DNA of 64,000 nucleotides, from assembly GCA_973895155.1 (NCBI GenBank), contig OZ316894.1:22787867-22851866 (forward strand), read 5' to 3'. Position numbers and translations under genes: made by a program. Source of the DNA: Marsupella aquatica (taxonomy: Eukaryota; Plantae; Marchantiophyta). Each line of letters starts with the position of its first letter. The stretch's first letter is position 1. A model generated the notes under the pieces. The model saw nothing but the letters and a program-made list of their open reading frames with translations. It was not told the origin of the DNA and did no database searches. Below are positions 1 to 11,709 of the stretch, piece after piece.

Positions 1-3000
1 GTTGTGGCAAAGCCTTTGCTGAGGCCTACCAAAAATCAGGTATGTGCTGTTTTGTAGTGCCCTTGCATGTGGGCATCGGTTCTTGATTACAAAGAAGGAT
101 TTTTAACAGTTACCCGTCAGTTTGTTGGTTGCCTCGGCTGATAGTGCTCTCCTAGATAATTTGTATGTTCAATTTGTTGCACAATTTATTGTGACCTTTG
201 AAGAATTAACTCTAAGCTCTGTATGTAATTCCTGTTCATGAGGATCAGGCTTGTTCAAGGAAGTTCATTGAAGAGGGGGAAATTGTGTACATTGTTTACT
301 TAGTCAGATAAATGTATCAGATTCATCTTGTTACAAAGTGTGCTAGTTCCACTTTCACTTTGGTTCTGTGTTGGCTGCTCTTTGTTTTCATCTGCAGTTT
401 ATGAATTCAGAGTGAAATTTTACAGGACGTAAGTTGTTCAAGCACCATAATTTGAGTAATTCTTGGTGACATTAGCATGCTCTTTCCATGCATGTAGGCA
501 ATCTGGAAACCAGTTCTCGGCCGATTGAACTGGTTGTTGGTTGCAATACCCACATTTGGAGTCCAGCCTCAGAGCAAGCAGGGCTTCTCGTCAGAGGCAC
601 TGATGTCCTATGTTTCTCATGCCATTAATAGTCCCAATGGGGAAGTGAGAAATGCATCAGTGAAAGTGACCACAGAGGTTTACAAAATAATGGGAGCTAC
701 AGTGGAGCGATATTTGAAAGGCATAAAGCCCATGATTCGGGAGGTCTAATTCTATTCCTTGCATTGAGTAGACTCAATACTATCTAGAGTCTTGCTCATG
801 TATCAGTGTACTAGAGACTTTCTTTAGCAAATTGTGATTGCCCCAAAAATACTGATGTGTGAAATTTTTGGAAAGGTCTTGTTAATTGGTTTAGTTGGCC
901 CCAATCTCATTGCATCTTCATATTGTAAGGGTCATGTAGGTGCTACTCAATAATTTTGAAAGAGTTGCCACAGAAACCCGAAACATAGAGAGCGCTCTAA
1001 CATATGAGGAATTGGAAAGATTACCTGTCCCAAGAAGATCTCGAAAGGCAATTTATGACATAGACAAAGCATTGGAAGATGATATTCACAAAGCGATGAG
1101 CCAAGAACCTCAAATGGCCCCAGTGTATGAGTCACATGCCTTGCAACCAATGAAGAAAGGAAAGGAGGTTAAAGATGGGGGACTGCTCAATATGGTCGTT
1201 GAGCAACAGGACCGCCACAAAAATCCTGAGGTTCCGCAGACCATGTATTCAACTGAAGCAACTGCACCTGTAGAGAATTTTTCTCTGGTGTTGTCCTCTT
1301 TCACGTATCTGATTCAATCTGTGACAATTCAAGCAGAATATATGTAGATTCAAAAAATGTGGTTTTGGTTTAATTATTGCACATATTATACCATAGAAGC
1401 AAATAGTAGTCTTCTTCTGGATATGTTTCGAGAATGAGCTTAACTGAAGCCCTATATATCCATGTCAAGGCAGGGCAGGGGACCCTCATTCTTTAGCCAC
1501 CTCCTTTCCTCCTTTTCAAGAGATAGTAAATTGGTTTGTCCTAATATTCTCATCATGACTTTGGGTTGCAGTCCCCTAGTGAAGAATTGCGTGCCTCTGG
1601 TGAAAAAGCGGATTCAGAAGAAGCTATCTTGACACAACCATGGGCTTCCTTGCAAAATTGTGAGCCCCAGCAGAGTCATTGGTTGGATGAATGCACCGAC
1701 TCTTCAACGGAACGCCCCTCTGATCCTTCCAAGGCTAGGACCCACAAAATTTGAACCTCTTGCATTTTGTGTTATTGTCTGTCACTCTTATTGTCCCTCA
1801 GTCTATACTCAGATACTAGGGATTTGTGCCATTGTCATTGCAGCAGGCTCTAGCATGATTATTAAGAAATCTGGCATGAATATCAATATTGCTTACACAT
1901 TTGGAAAGTATGCATTCATTGACTGACTATTATAAGGCCTCTTACAAAATTGGGATCTTGGTTTTTGTTGGGTCAAGATGATGTATAAGCAATCCTTGCC
2001 AGCAAATCCAAGAGACCTAGCCCGATCCATTGACCTAATCTCTTGGTATTTTATGGTAGGACAGGACTAGTGAAGTTCTAGCACTACGATAGCTTCCCAA
2101 TCGAGTCCCAATCATGCTAGGCTTTTAAACCCTACAATTGTCAAAACTCAGCAGGTCTATAAATTTGTTGTCCTAGGATAAGGAAGTTGCACAGCTTCTA
2201 TCTTCTAAGTTTGATTTCTGATGATGTTACCAAACTGATTCCAGGATTGCATTGATGATGACTTTCAAGTCGAAAAGGATGACTTGTCAGATCAATGCCT
2301 GTTTTGTGGTTTACAAGATTCTAAATTTCTGGAGGAGGATAATCTGGACATGCATTTCTGTCAAAAATGCCCAATGCTTGTTGGCTGCTGTAATTGCAAA
2401 CAGATTGTTGAGATAGCCTCTCTAAAGGATCATTACCTGAGGGAATGCACATCTGGAAGAAGGTTACGAAATTTCTTTGTATAGTCTGAAATTTTCTGAA
2501 AGTATATATGCAAAAATTCATAACACATCAATCTTCAATAAGCAATACAAGGAGGGGGGTGTTACAACCACAAACAGGACTCAAAATGAAAGTGGAATGT
2601 AAAGAACCTAAAGAACCAAAAACAGAAATTGGAATGTGTTTGAACTGTCTCTCTAATAAATTTAACTTCTTGTGCACTAGACTTGTTCCAGTCTATTTCC
2701 GGTCAAGTTTCTGGTTCCATCCATGTTGTACAAGCTAAAGGCTTGGTAGTTGGTCAGAACTATTATAAGAACTTAAAATGATCAATTGAGGGATTTTCCA
2801 TCAAGCCAGTTGCACAGTTTCTTGAGAGTTTTTTTTAAATTAAATCTAACCTGCCGTACTTGCAGAGCTATAAGCTTGGGTAGGATCCCCATCCCACTGT
2901 TTTGTTTGGATAGCTTCCTAAGCTCAGATCGGATCTATGAAATGTAATGAGTTTTAGAGTTAAGGGAAACTATGACTCCTTAGATCCATAGGTCGGATCC

Positions 3001-3259
3001 AAGCTAACTGAACACTTACATGTTGAAGTTTTTCCTCGTGTGCAGGTATCTGGAGTGCTCAAAATGCTCACAAGCAATTCCTGCAGTGCGAATGACAATA
3101 CACCTGAAGAGTAAAGAGTGCCGCAGTGGAAAGCATTACAAAGCCTCTCGTTGCCCTCTTTGCCATCACACTGTGCTCCCTGGTGATGCTGGATGGAGAG
3201 AGCACCTTCTCAAACCTCCTGGCTGCCCCAAGAATCCCAGGACTAATTTATCATCGTAG
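1..3259 (+). CDS. CEP104: Centrosomal/ciliary-tip protein CEP104, 3' exons (TOG-domain end and C-terminal C2HC zinc fingers); 5' part lies outside the window
   Basis: Approximate exons: 1-39, 498-743 (AIWKPVLGRLNWLL...NGEVRNASVKVTTEVYKIMG, TOG-like), 940-~1290, ~1572-1733, ~2245-2462 (CLFCG...LDMHFCQKCPMLVGCCNCKQIVEIASLKDHYLREC) and 3046-3259 (CSKC...RCPLCH...WREHLL...CPKNPR*). These match my recollection of the CEP104 zinc-finger array. Middle exon borders are uncertain. Confidence 0.85.
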
Positions 3260-4767
3260 CATGATAATCATATAAACAGGGAGGATTAATCCCATAAAAA
3301 TGTAAACAGTAGCACTTGCTATACCTGAAAAGAAATGAAAAAAGTGCTGAAAATATTTGCTCCTCTACTCTGTGTACTTACTCTTTCCCAAATATGCTGT
3401 GTGTTCCAATGCAAAGTGAAACTTGACATCCCTTTTGGATGAATGAACTCAAAGGAAAAGGTTAGTTTTCAATTCCTCATCAATATCTGGTACTCTGCAA
3501 TTCAAGAGTGATTTTATTTTATTTTGGTTTGTTTCTGGGTTAGGTTCTTTTTTCCTTCAAAAATGTTGAAAGGAAAGCCCCAACAGACACAAAGTGGAGA
3601 CTTGGATGGGCAACCTTAAACTATAGTGCAACCAAGCAGGGAGCAAAGTGAAAATGAAGCCCGGGTGGATTGACGTTTCCTTGCCCAGCCCCATGGACTG
3701 AGTAAAGTCATCGGTCAATTTACACCAAAAAGTAGAAGTGGCCTATACATTTAAAAAGGGTGTTTTCACCCTTGGAAGGGAACCCCCCCTGCCAGCTGGG
3801 CCCGGGTTTATGAGATCTTGGCCCCCTGTGGTCAGCAAGCGTTGAGGGTTACCCAGTTTGAGGCAAAACTTTCAAGTCAAAATAGAGCAAAACTACAATG
3901 GGGGTACAGCGCTAGTGAACCTGGCCACTGCAGGTTACCCTACACCTATTTTGAGCCCTACACTCCAACCTGCGCATGATATGCAGTAAGAAAAGTTTAT
4001 CTTTGTCATCTCTACTTCCTTGATGCAGGCTCTAGCAACTTGCTACAGCTCCTTTTTGTTGCCAGTGCTTGTACTACATATCACTAATTTCTTGTTTTTG
4101 ATCCTTGCACATTGTAATTGCAATTAATGGCATGCTTTGAGCATTCTCATTTTTGTTTTTGGTTTTGCTATTTAGTCTATAGCTTTGTAGTAGATTAATT
4201 AAGTTTCAAGAAGCATTGTTGGTGCTAATTGTAACATCAATGACAAAACTCTTCAACAGCTGCAATCCAGTGATGAGAGGACACAACTGTGACTAGACTG
4301 TTATGTTATGCCTTGAGTACAACATATTTACTTCCATAGTACTCTTTAAGCTTTAGACTAGGATAACACTCATTTGAGTTCCAGGTTCCCATGGACAATG
4401 GGATGGGTTATATCCAAGGGAAACCCAAATGTGTGCTCACATTTGAAAGTTCAGTCTTTTGTGTGCAGAGGTTGGAGGGTGAGAGGGATCAGGTCATAGT
4501 GGAGCTTGTGGAGCTAGGCTATGGCGGATGTACTTTACATTCATATTTATTCTCCTCTCACGGCCGTAGACATAGCCCAGACAAAGTGAACCATGTACTC
4601 TTTGTGTCGGTGTAGATTCATTGTGTATGCTGGTTCTTTTTCTGTCATGTTGTCCGATTAGATCAGAGCTGGAATGTGAGCAGCTAATGGTTAGGAATTT
4701 TTGTGACTGACTTGTGATGTTTTGGTGGGCAGTGGATGTGCATACTACTTGAATTGATGCGTTTATT

Positions 4768-5364
4768 GAAATTGTTGTTCTCTAGTTCAGAAACATAAAT
4801 TTCTATTGGTAGGAAGTTCACAAGGGATGAAGAAAATTGTGTTTCTATTTCCAACTATTTTCTTGCCGGTTTGTGGCAATTTTCAAAAATTGAGGCGTCA
4901 ATGGGTGCAATAGTATGGAAATTGTTGTTCTCTAGTTCAGAAAACAGAAATTTCTATTGGTAGGAAGTTCACAAGGGATCAAGAAAATTTTGGTTCTATT
5001 TCCAACTATTTTTTTGCCAGTTTGTGGCGGTTTTCAAAAATTGAGGCGTCAATGGGTGCAATCGTATGTTTTCTTGACGGGGTTGTGATCTTGGCAATCT
5101 CTACCCAAGGTGGAGTAGAAATTGGATGAAGTGGGGCAGTAGCCGTGGGCGAAATAGGTTTGGGAAGTTGGTATTTACTGCATGCTTCCATAGCCAAAGC
5201 TAGAGGCAACGGTGTATGTTTTCTTGACGGGGTTGTGATCTTGGCGATCTCTACCCAAGGTGGAGTAGAAATTGTATGAAGCGGGGCAGTAGCAGTAGGC
5301 GAAATAGGTTTGGGAAGTTGGTATTTACTGCATGCTTCCATAGCCAAAGCTGCAGGCAACGGTG
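4768..5364. repeat. Two adjacent tandem duplications (~150-bp unit x2, then a 150-bp unit x2)
   Basis: gaaattgttgttctctagttcag...gggtgcaat at ~4768 and ~4918; gtatgttttcttgacggg...ggcaacggt at ~5063 and ~5213. Confidence 0.85.
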
Positions 5365-6796
5365 TAAGGAATTAAAGTTTAGTGTAAACTTTGGGAGACT
5401 AGTTGTGGGAGTGGCTTTCATAGTTCTGATTCCAACCATGTCAAGCAGGGATCAAACAGAGGTTCTGTTATGGAGATATGCTTGATAAAAGTTTTATATC
5501 ATTCCTTAAAATGAAAATAGAGGAGCGAATTGTGGGGGACGCTATTTTACACCAGGCTCATGTAGAATCTTGAGTGTTGGATTGGAGAAAGCCTAGACAA
5601 GTTGGGTTTGTGCACTTTTTTTTAGATGACGTATTATTTCTACACGATACTCTGTAGAACTTTGATTTGTTTGGGCTGATTTGTTTGGGCGGATAGGGCT
5701 TGGACAAAGGGGCCTGAGAACTCCTTCTCGAGGTGGAGATTCTACATGAGGGTTGTGTAGAGCTCTCCCTCTACACAAGCGTCGTGTAGAAATATGACTA
5801 GTTTTGTAGTGCAATTGTTGTTAGGTCCGTCTGTTATGTCCACAATGACACAAAGGACTCTTAGGAAATCACAATACATGGGTGAGTACGCATGTCCCTA
5901 GATACATGTCCTGTCCAGGTTGAGCGAGCTCAGGAACAACCCAGGCGCATGGTAGCTGCTGGTTCGTTCGAGAGCGAGAACGCAATTCAATGGCCACTCA
6001 TAATCTGCAAATTACAATCCTGAGCTCTTGTTCCTAGCAGCCATCCTCAACTAGGCGACAGAAGAGCTTTTGATGTAAATTAGAAGCACCGCATTCAATC
6101 CTCGAATGCAGATTACAGACAAGGCCGCATTCACCTCGAATGAGCCGCAGTCAAAGCCTCGAATAAAGGCTTACAGAACAAAACTGAGGATCGCCAAACA
6201 AGGATCGGCAGACGCCCAAACGACCACATTCAACATTTGCGCAGACTGGTATCAGGTCATGAAATGAGATAGCACCAGGACAGCGACTTGTGCGACACAT
6301 ATAGATCGAGACCACAGAAGCAGAATTTCTCAGCCTCCAGAAGTGAGCTTCACCTCTCTTTCGTCGGTAATATTTTGCTCCATTCTTAATATATTGCTAC
6401 AGAACCGCAAAATGTACAGGTAACAGCTCTGTAGAAACTACATCGCCTTAGCAAGACTTCCGTTGCAACCCAATTGAAAAGAAGTTGACGGATTCCTAGA
6501 CAACAAGGGGCACTTCAGGAGAAATGAGAAGTTCAAGTGTACTCCACGAATGCCAAATCAGGAAAGTGCAACCTCAACTTCACATTTCTATCAAGTCCAC
6601 CTTCCACAATATAATTAGCATAAGGCACACGGCATTAAAATTCATGCCCATGGCCGCTTAGCTCAGTATAATTGATTCCTAGCTCATTGCACAATTTGTG
6701 CAACTAATAAATATCTACAAAAGGTCTGGGATGTCGGAGACCGTAACGTTGAAGAGCCTTTCTCCAAGCTGGACCTCCCGCAATTTAGATTGCCAT

Positions 6797-6926
6797 GAGA
6801 TAGAAGACGGCATCCATTCCTATCCTAACTGAGGATGGCCTTGAGATAGAAGACGGCATCCATTCCTATCCTAACTGAGGATGGCCTTGAAATAGAAGAC
6901 GGCATCCATTCCTATCCTAACTGAAG
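6797..6926. repeat. 46-bp tandem repeat x~3 in the NAC 3' UTR region
   Basis: gagatagaagacggcatccattcctatcctaactgaggatggcctt at 6797, 6843 and 6889. Confidence 0.9.
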
Positions 6927-6988
6927 ACTAACGGTACGCAATTACTACAATGAATATTCACAATGTTGGTCTCAAAGTCGGAGGCGCG

Positions 6989-9900
6989 TCAAAATACAGA
7001 CGTGAGGACGTGGCTAGCTAATCTCCACAGTGCCCGGATCAACAAAAACCAGCACAGAGCTGACACAGCACCCAGCACAAATACAAAAACGAAGCCGCTG
7101 TTGGAACCACGAGTAACTCGTCGTTGTAGACCGACACTTCCGGTGCTAGGGTCGCAATTCACACAAAGTGGCTCCAATGTCTCGCTCCCCTTCGACTGCC
7201 ATGAACTGGACACAACCTGTTGGTACATACCTTTGGCATCACCTTCCACACGACAATCGGTGACAGCAGCTTCCACCTTCTGGGCACCGTCAGGTGAGGA
7301 AGTACAAGTAAGTGTCACAGAACTCAAGTGAAAGGAGCTGTATGAAGAAGCGATCTCTCCATTTGTCTGCAAAGGCTTCGTATCAGGTGCACATTCGGCA
7401 GCAGACGCAGGCAATGCTGGTAGGGATCCTAAGAGCCTCATAAGCCCTGCCAAAGGCTTTGACACAGGTTTGGCCTCTTCCAAAGGCCCAGCTTGAGGGG
7501 ACGGAGAAAAATGAGGGGCCTCAGACACGGCGGACTGGGAGTACTTCACCGGCTTATCGGGTGGAGGTACATTGACTTCTGAACTTCCATGGTCCCCAAC
7601 CAACTGAGGGGGGTCGGCGGGAGCAAACTCGCATTCCTCATACTCTGACGCCATATTGAGCAATTCATCGTCCAATGGAAAGTCGAAAAACTGGTCTTGA
7701 AAAGAAAACAAGTTATCTTCACTGGAAGGGACCCCAAATATACCAGAACCAGCTGTAGAGGCAGAGGCGAGGTCCGATGAAGATGGCGGTTGATTGATGT
7801 CAGAGTGATTGGAGGAGGATCCTCCAGGAGCTGACCGTGTCACATTTGAGGTTGTGCTGTCCTCCCTTGCTTGAGATGGGACCTGCATAGAATGTCAACC
7901 CAGATCCAGCCACATTTAACAATACTCCAAAGATAGTGTTTTTTTTTCTCGAGGGACATCCACACTAATCTACAAGAACTTGCCTCATCGTCAGGTTCCA
8001 GGCCAGCGACGATGGGTTGACGGCTACCTGACGATTAAAACTAGAATACATGCTCGTAACTTTGTCTCGATTGAAGGCTACATCCTCAAAAAATAATTAT
8101 TCCGACTACATGCACAGGGCTGTTGGGCTCCGGGGACGATGGGCTACAAGAAAAAAGCGAGTCTCCACAGAACCCTGTCATCATGCATCATCACACTTCG
8201 CTGTGAGCGCCATCAGCAAAGATGTCATCATAGCACTCACCTCAGGACCTCTGAAGTTCATGTTAGACATCTGTTGCTGAGGTATTGCTTCATAGCGGTG
8301 GAGGCCGTCGTTGCTGCTGCGAGCGCGCAGCTGAGCTTCTACAGCTGTAGGCTGCTGGCGCGCTGCTCGCAAGCGAGCTCTGGCAGGCCCGCGGCCACGG
8401 AGCTGCTGGTTTACATTCTCACCAAAGTTTGGAACACCAACCCTACCCTCCGAATCGTTCGGCAGCTTGTTCGACTCCAGTTCCTCCACCAACGGAGGTA
8501 GGACATCATCTGTTCCAAAAAGCTCTGACTGTAGCATATCAAAATACCCAACTCCTCCGTTGGGCTCATCCTCCTGGGGTTGTTGAGGCTGAGTCTCAGA
8601 ACTGCTCAAGTCAGAGCTCCACATCATGCCACTGGGAACGTCCGTCTCCCTATTCCCTTGCCAACCCCCAAAGAGCTCGGAAGAGGGCACCTGCTGCGCC
8701 AAAATATCCGCAGCGGCAGATGGAAGATCCAATTCTCCGGTGATTGAAGAGAAGCAGTCCCAAAATGGAGCCTCCTCCTCATTCTGCAAGTTCAGGTACA
8801 CATTCATGTCAGACGACTTGACTGATGAGCACAAGAAATTACGTACATGAGCTACTTTACGTGCCTCGAGAAAGACACGCTGAAGAATAAGAAACAATTA
8901 ATACAATGTCAGAAGACCGAAGGCTCTCGCAAAGTTTAGAAAGAAACACACACTCACCTGTGCGAACGTAGGCTCATCCAATATGTAGTCGTCCAAGGGG
9001 ACCACCGCAGGCACATCGATGACATCCCCTTCCTCCTCACCAGGCGCATAGTCGTCCACAGAGAGTGCAAGAACATATACTTCGCTGTCTTCACGAGGAG
9101 CAACCTTGGGAGATTCAATCGGAGCTGCCACTGCCACTGGAGCTGCCTCTACCACTGGCGCTGCAAGGGCAGGTGCGGACTCCGGTTCCAAAGCCTTCTT
9201 CACAGCCTCAGCGAAAGAGCCGGATGTTTCCTTGTCAATGTCGTCGTCGACGTAAGTCTGAGGACCCCGATCCTCCCCGCTTCTCGGTCCCACTCCGCTC
9301 TTCTTGAAAACCCGGCACAAGACGAACAAGTCCTGCAGACGCAATCCACAATCATGATCTCAGTATACAAATGGCAAATGACATGCAACAAAGCACTACT
9401 GGCCCAAGATAAGAAGGCTCAATATCTACAGACCTGAAACAATTTTGAGAAAGGGGCTAGACGCAGCTACACACCGCCAAAAATATGAGGGCGAGGAGTA
9501 GACATGATAGCATCTAGGAAAAGACATACCTGCGAGGCGTGCACTTTATCACACTCCTCCTCGTCCAGTCTGTATTCGTGCATAACCCAATCAGTTCTCT
9601 CTCCATGAGGAGCTCGCCCCCGGTAAAACACTAGGGTCTTCTTCATCCCCACGACTCGACCAGCCTTCTTCACGTTCCTGTCCTTCCCTGTTGCTTTCCA
9701 ATACCCAGCTTCTGTCGCTCGGTTGGTGCGCAACCCGTTGGGGTACTTCTTATCACGTGGACTGAAGAAGTACCACTCCATGTCACTTCCAGGCAAGAAG
9801 GATTTCTCTGCGAAAAGCGCAAGTGAGGCAAGAACCGTTCAGTCGTCGACACTAGCATCACAGCATCGGGATACTAATCAACAGCGAAAGACACATACTA

Positions 9901-10088
9901 GAGATCGGCAAAGCAACAAGTACTGAGCATGCATGCATACCTGGTAAATCCCATGGCTCTTGCCGGTACAAATCTATCTCGGTAATGATGTTGAACTCGA
10001 CGGTGCGGCCTGCAACCTTCCTCTTCAAGTAGTATGCCACAAGCTCCTCATCCGTGGGGTGGAACCTGAAGCCAGGCGGAAGAGCCAT
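6989..10088 (-). CDS. Membrane-bound NAC transcription factor (NTL type, NAC053/078-like)
   Basis: Exon 1 10088-9941 ([21 protein letters not shown]), exon 2 9807-9530 ([15 protein letters not shown]...GYWKATGKD...[26 protein letters not shown]), exon 3 9332-8958 (LCRVFKK), exon 4 8783-~8241, last exon 7882-6989 with [14 protein letters not shown] and a C-terminal hydrophobic anchor ([19 protein letters not shown]). Small exon(s) between 7.9 and 8.2 kb are unresolved. Confidence 0.92.
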
Positions 10089-10115
10089 CACTGCAACTTC
10101 GTCCGAAAAAACTGA

Positions 10116-10640
10116 CTGGCGTGCTTCCCAGGTCGATGTGTCAATCAGTGTAGCTCCCGTTTCCGAGTAACAAAAGCTTTGTCTCACCCGCTGCTATTAC
10201 TCCAACAACTACAAGGTCTGGCGTGCTTCCCAGGTCGATATGTCACTTCCCAAGTCGATGTGTCAATCAGTGTAGCTCCCGTTTCCGAGTAACAAAAGCT
10301 GTGTCACCCGCTGCTATTACTCCAACAACTACAAGTTCTGGCGTCTTTCCCAGGTCGATGTGTCAATCAGTTGAGCTCCTGTTTCCGAGTAACAAAAGCT
10401 ATGTGTCACCCGCTGCTATTACTCCAACAACTACAAGTTCTGGCGTGCTTCCAGGTTGATGTGCCAATCAGTGTAGCTCCCGTTTCCGAGCAACAAAAGC
10501 TTTCCGTCACCCGCTGCTATTACTCCAACAACTACAAGTCTGGAGTGCTTCCCAGGTCGATGTGCCGATCAGTGTAGCTCCTCTTTCCGAGCAACCCAAA
10601 GCTTTGCCTCACCCGGTGCTATTACTCCAACAACTACAAG
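10116..10640. repeat. ~102-bp tandem repeat x5, probably inside a 5'-UTR intron (10715-10091) of the NAC gene
   Basis: Unit ctggcgtgcttcccaggtcgatgtg...tactccaacaactacaag starts at ~10116, 10218, 10338, 10440 and 10540. On the minus strand there is a donor (gcaag|gtgcg) at ~10715 and an acceptor (ttgcag|tgATG) at 10091. Confidence 0.85.
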
Positions 10641-11094
10641 TTCGATGCTCCACTTTCCGATGCTGCTTCGGTCGTGCTAGGTTCCTGCGATCGATGATCA
10701 TTTCCTAGCTCGCACCTTGCCGCGAAGCAATTCGTCCCTTTCTGTGAGGCGAAGGCCCAGAAATACTTGTCAGCAGAACACGACACCAAAATCCACAAGA
10801 AGCGACTCCAAAATCTACGAGAAGCGACTCCACAATCGAGAGCAGAACACCCACCAGCAATCACAGCACTGCACAATCACTCCCTTCGTCGCGAGCAGCT
10901 CAGAGACTCGGAGGAGCGCGCAGAAACTCGGAGGAGGGCAGGGCGAGCGGAAGAAGAAGGAGCAAGATAGAGGTGACGAGGCTGCGTATCTATACGAGTG
11001 GACTGGAATGGAGTAAAGTGGAGTGGTTTGTGCGAACGAATGATAATCCTCTCATTGACTGGACTACAAGTTGAGGACGTGATTCACGCAACGC

Positions 11095-11335
11095 GGTCAA
11101 ATGGGGGAACCATGGTCAGTTATTAACACTCCCTTGTACTTCACAGTCACAAGGGGGAACCATGGTCAGTTATTAACACTCGCCTGTACTTCACAGTCAA
11201 AAGGGGGGACCATGGTCAGTTATTAACACTCGCCTGTACTTCACAGTGAAAAGGGGGCACCATGGTCAGTTATGAACACTCGCATGTACTTCACAGTCAC
11301 AAGGGGGAACCATGGTCAGTTATTAACACTTGCAT
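11095..11335. repeat. 50-bp minisatellite, left part (5 units), interrupted by the retroelement
   Basis: catggtcagttattaacactcgcctgtacttcacagtcaaaagggggaac recurs every 50 bp (11111 to 11311). Confidence 0.95.
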
Positions 11336-11372
11336 TATCATGCGGAGGGACAGTGCCTCTTATGCACATCGG

Positions 11373-11697
11373 CATGTCCCTCGCCTGCCCGCTAGGTATG
11401 TAGTTAGGGCTAGTGTACTACCTGAGTTAGCGACATGTTCTTGTAGCAAATCTGGGCCGTTCTTGAAGCAAATGTGCTTGTTAGTGTGACGCCAGGACTT
11501 TGCTTGCTTAGGGCATGTCTTTCTTTGTGGGTTTTCAGTTCTTCTTGAATCGCTGTGAGACAGAGTTTTTCAAAGGCTGCTCGTCGGTTCCGTACACGGA
11601 ATTCACACAGTGATTCGTTAGATGCTCCCAGCCGATCTTGGCATCTTGCCGGTTTTCGATTCGATTTCAGTACGTTTGTTTCTATCACGCCTTTTAT
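11373..11697 (+). repeat. Repeat A1 (325 bp), copy of A2 at 20792-21116
   Basis: Manual alignment at offset 9419 shows 5 mismatches, all transitions. Confidence 0.95.
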
Positions 11698-11709
11698 TCA
11701 AGAAGAACT
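11696..11709 (+). promoter_or_regulatory. Putative self-priming primer-binding site (Tf1/sushi-like)
   Basis: ATTCAAGAAGAACT is the exact reverse complement of AGTTCTTCTTGAAT at 11537-11550, whose first A lies in an Inr-like TCAGTT. No TGG tRNA PBS is present. Confidence 0.7.
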
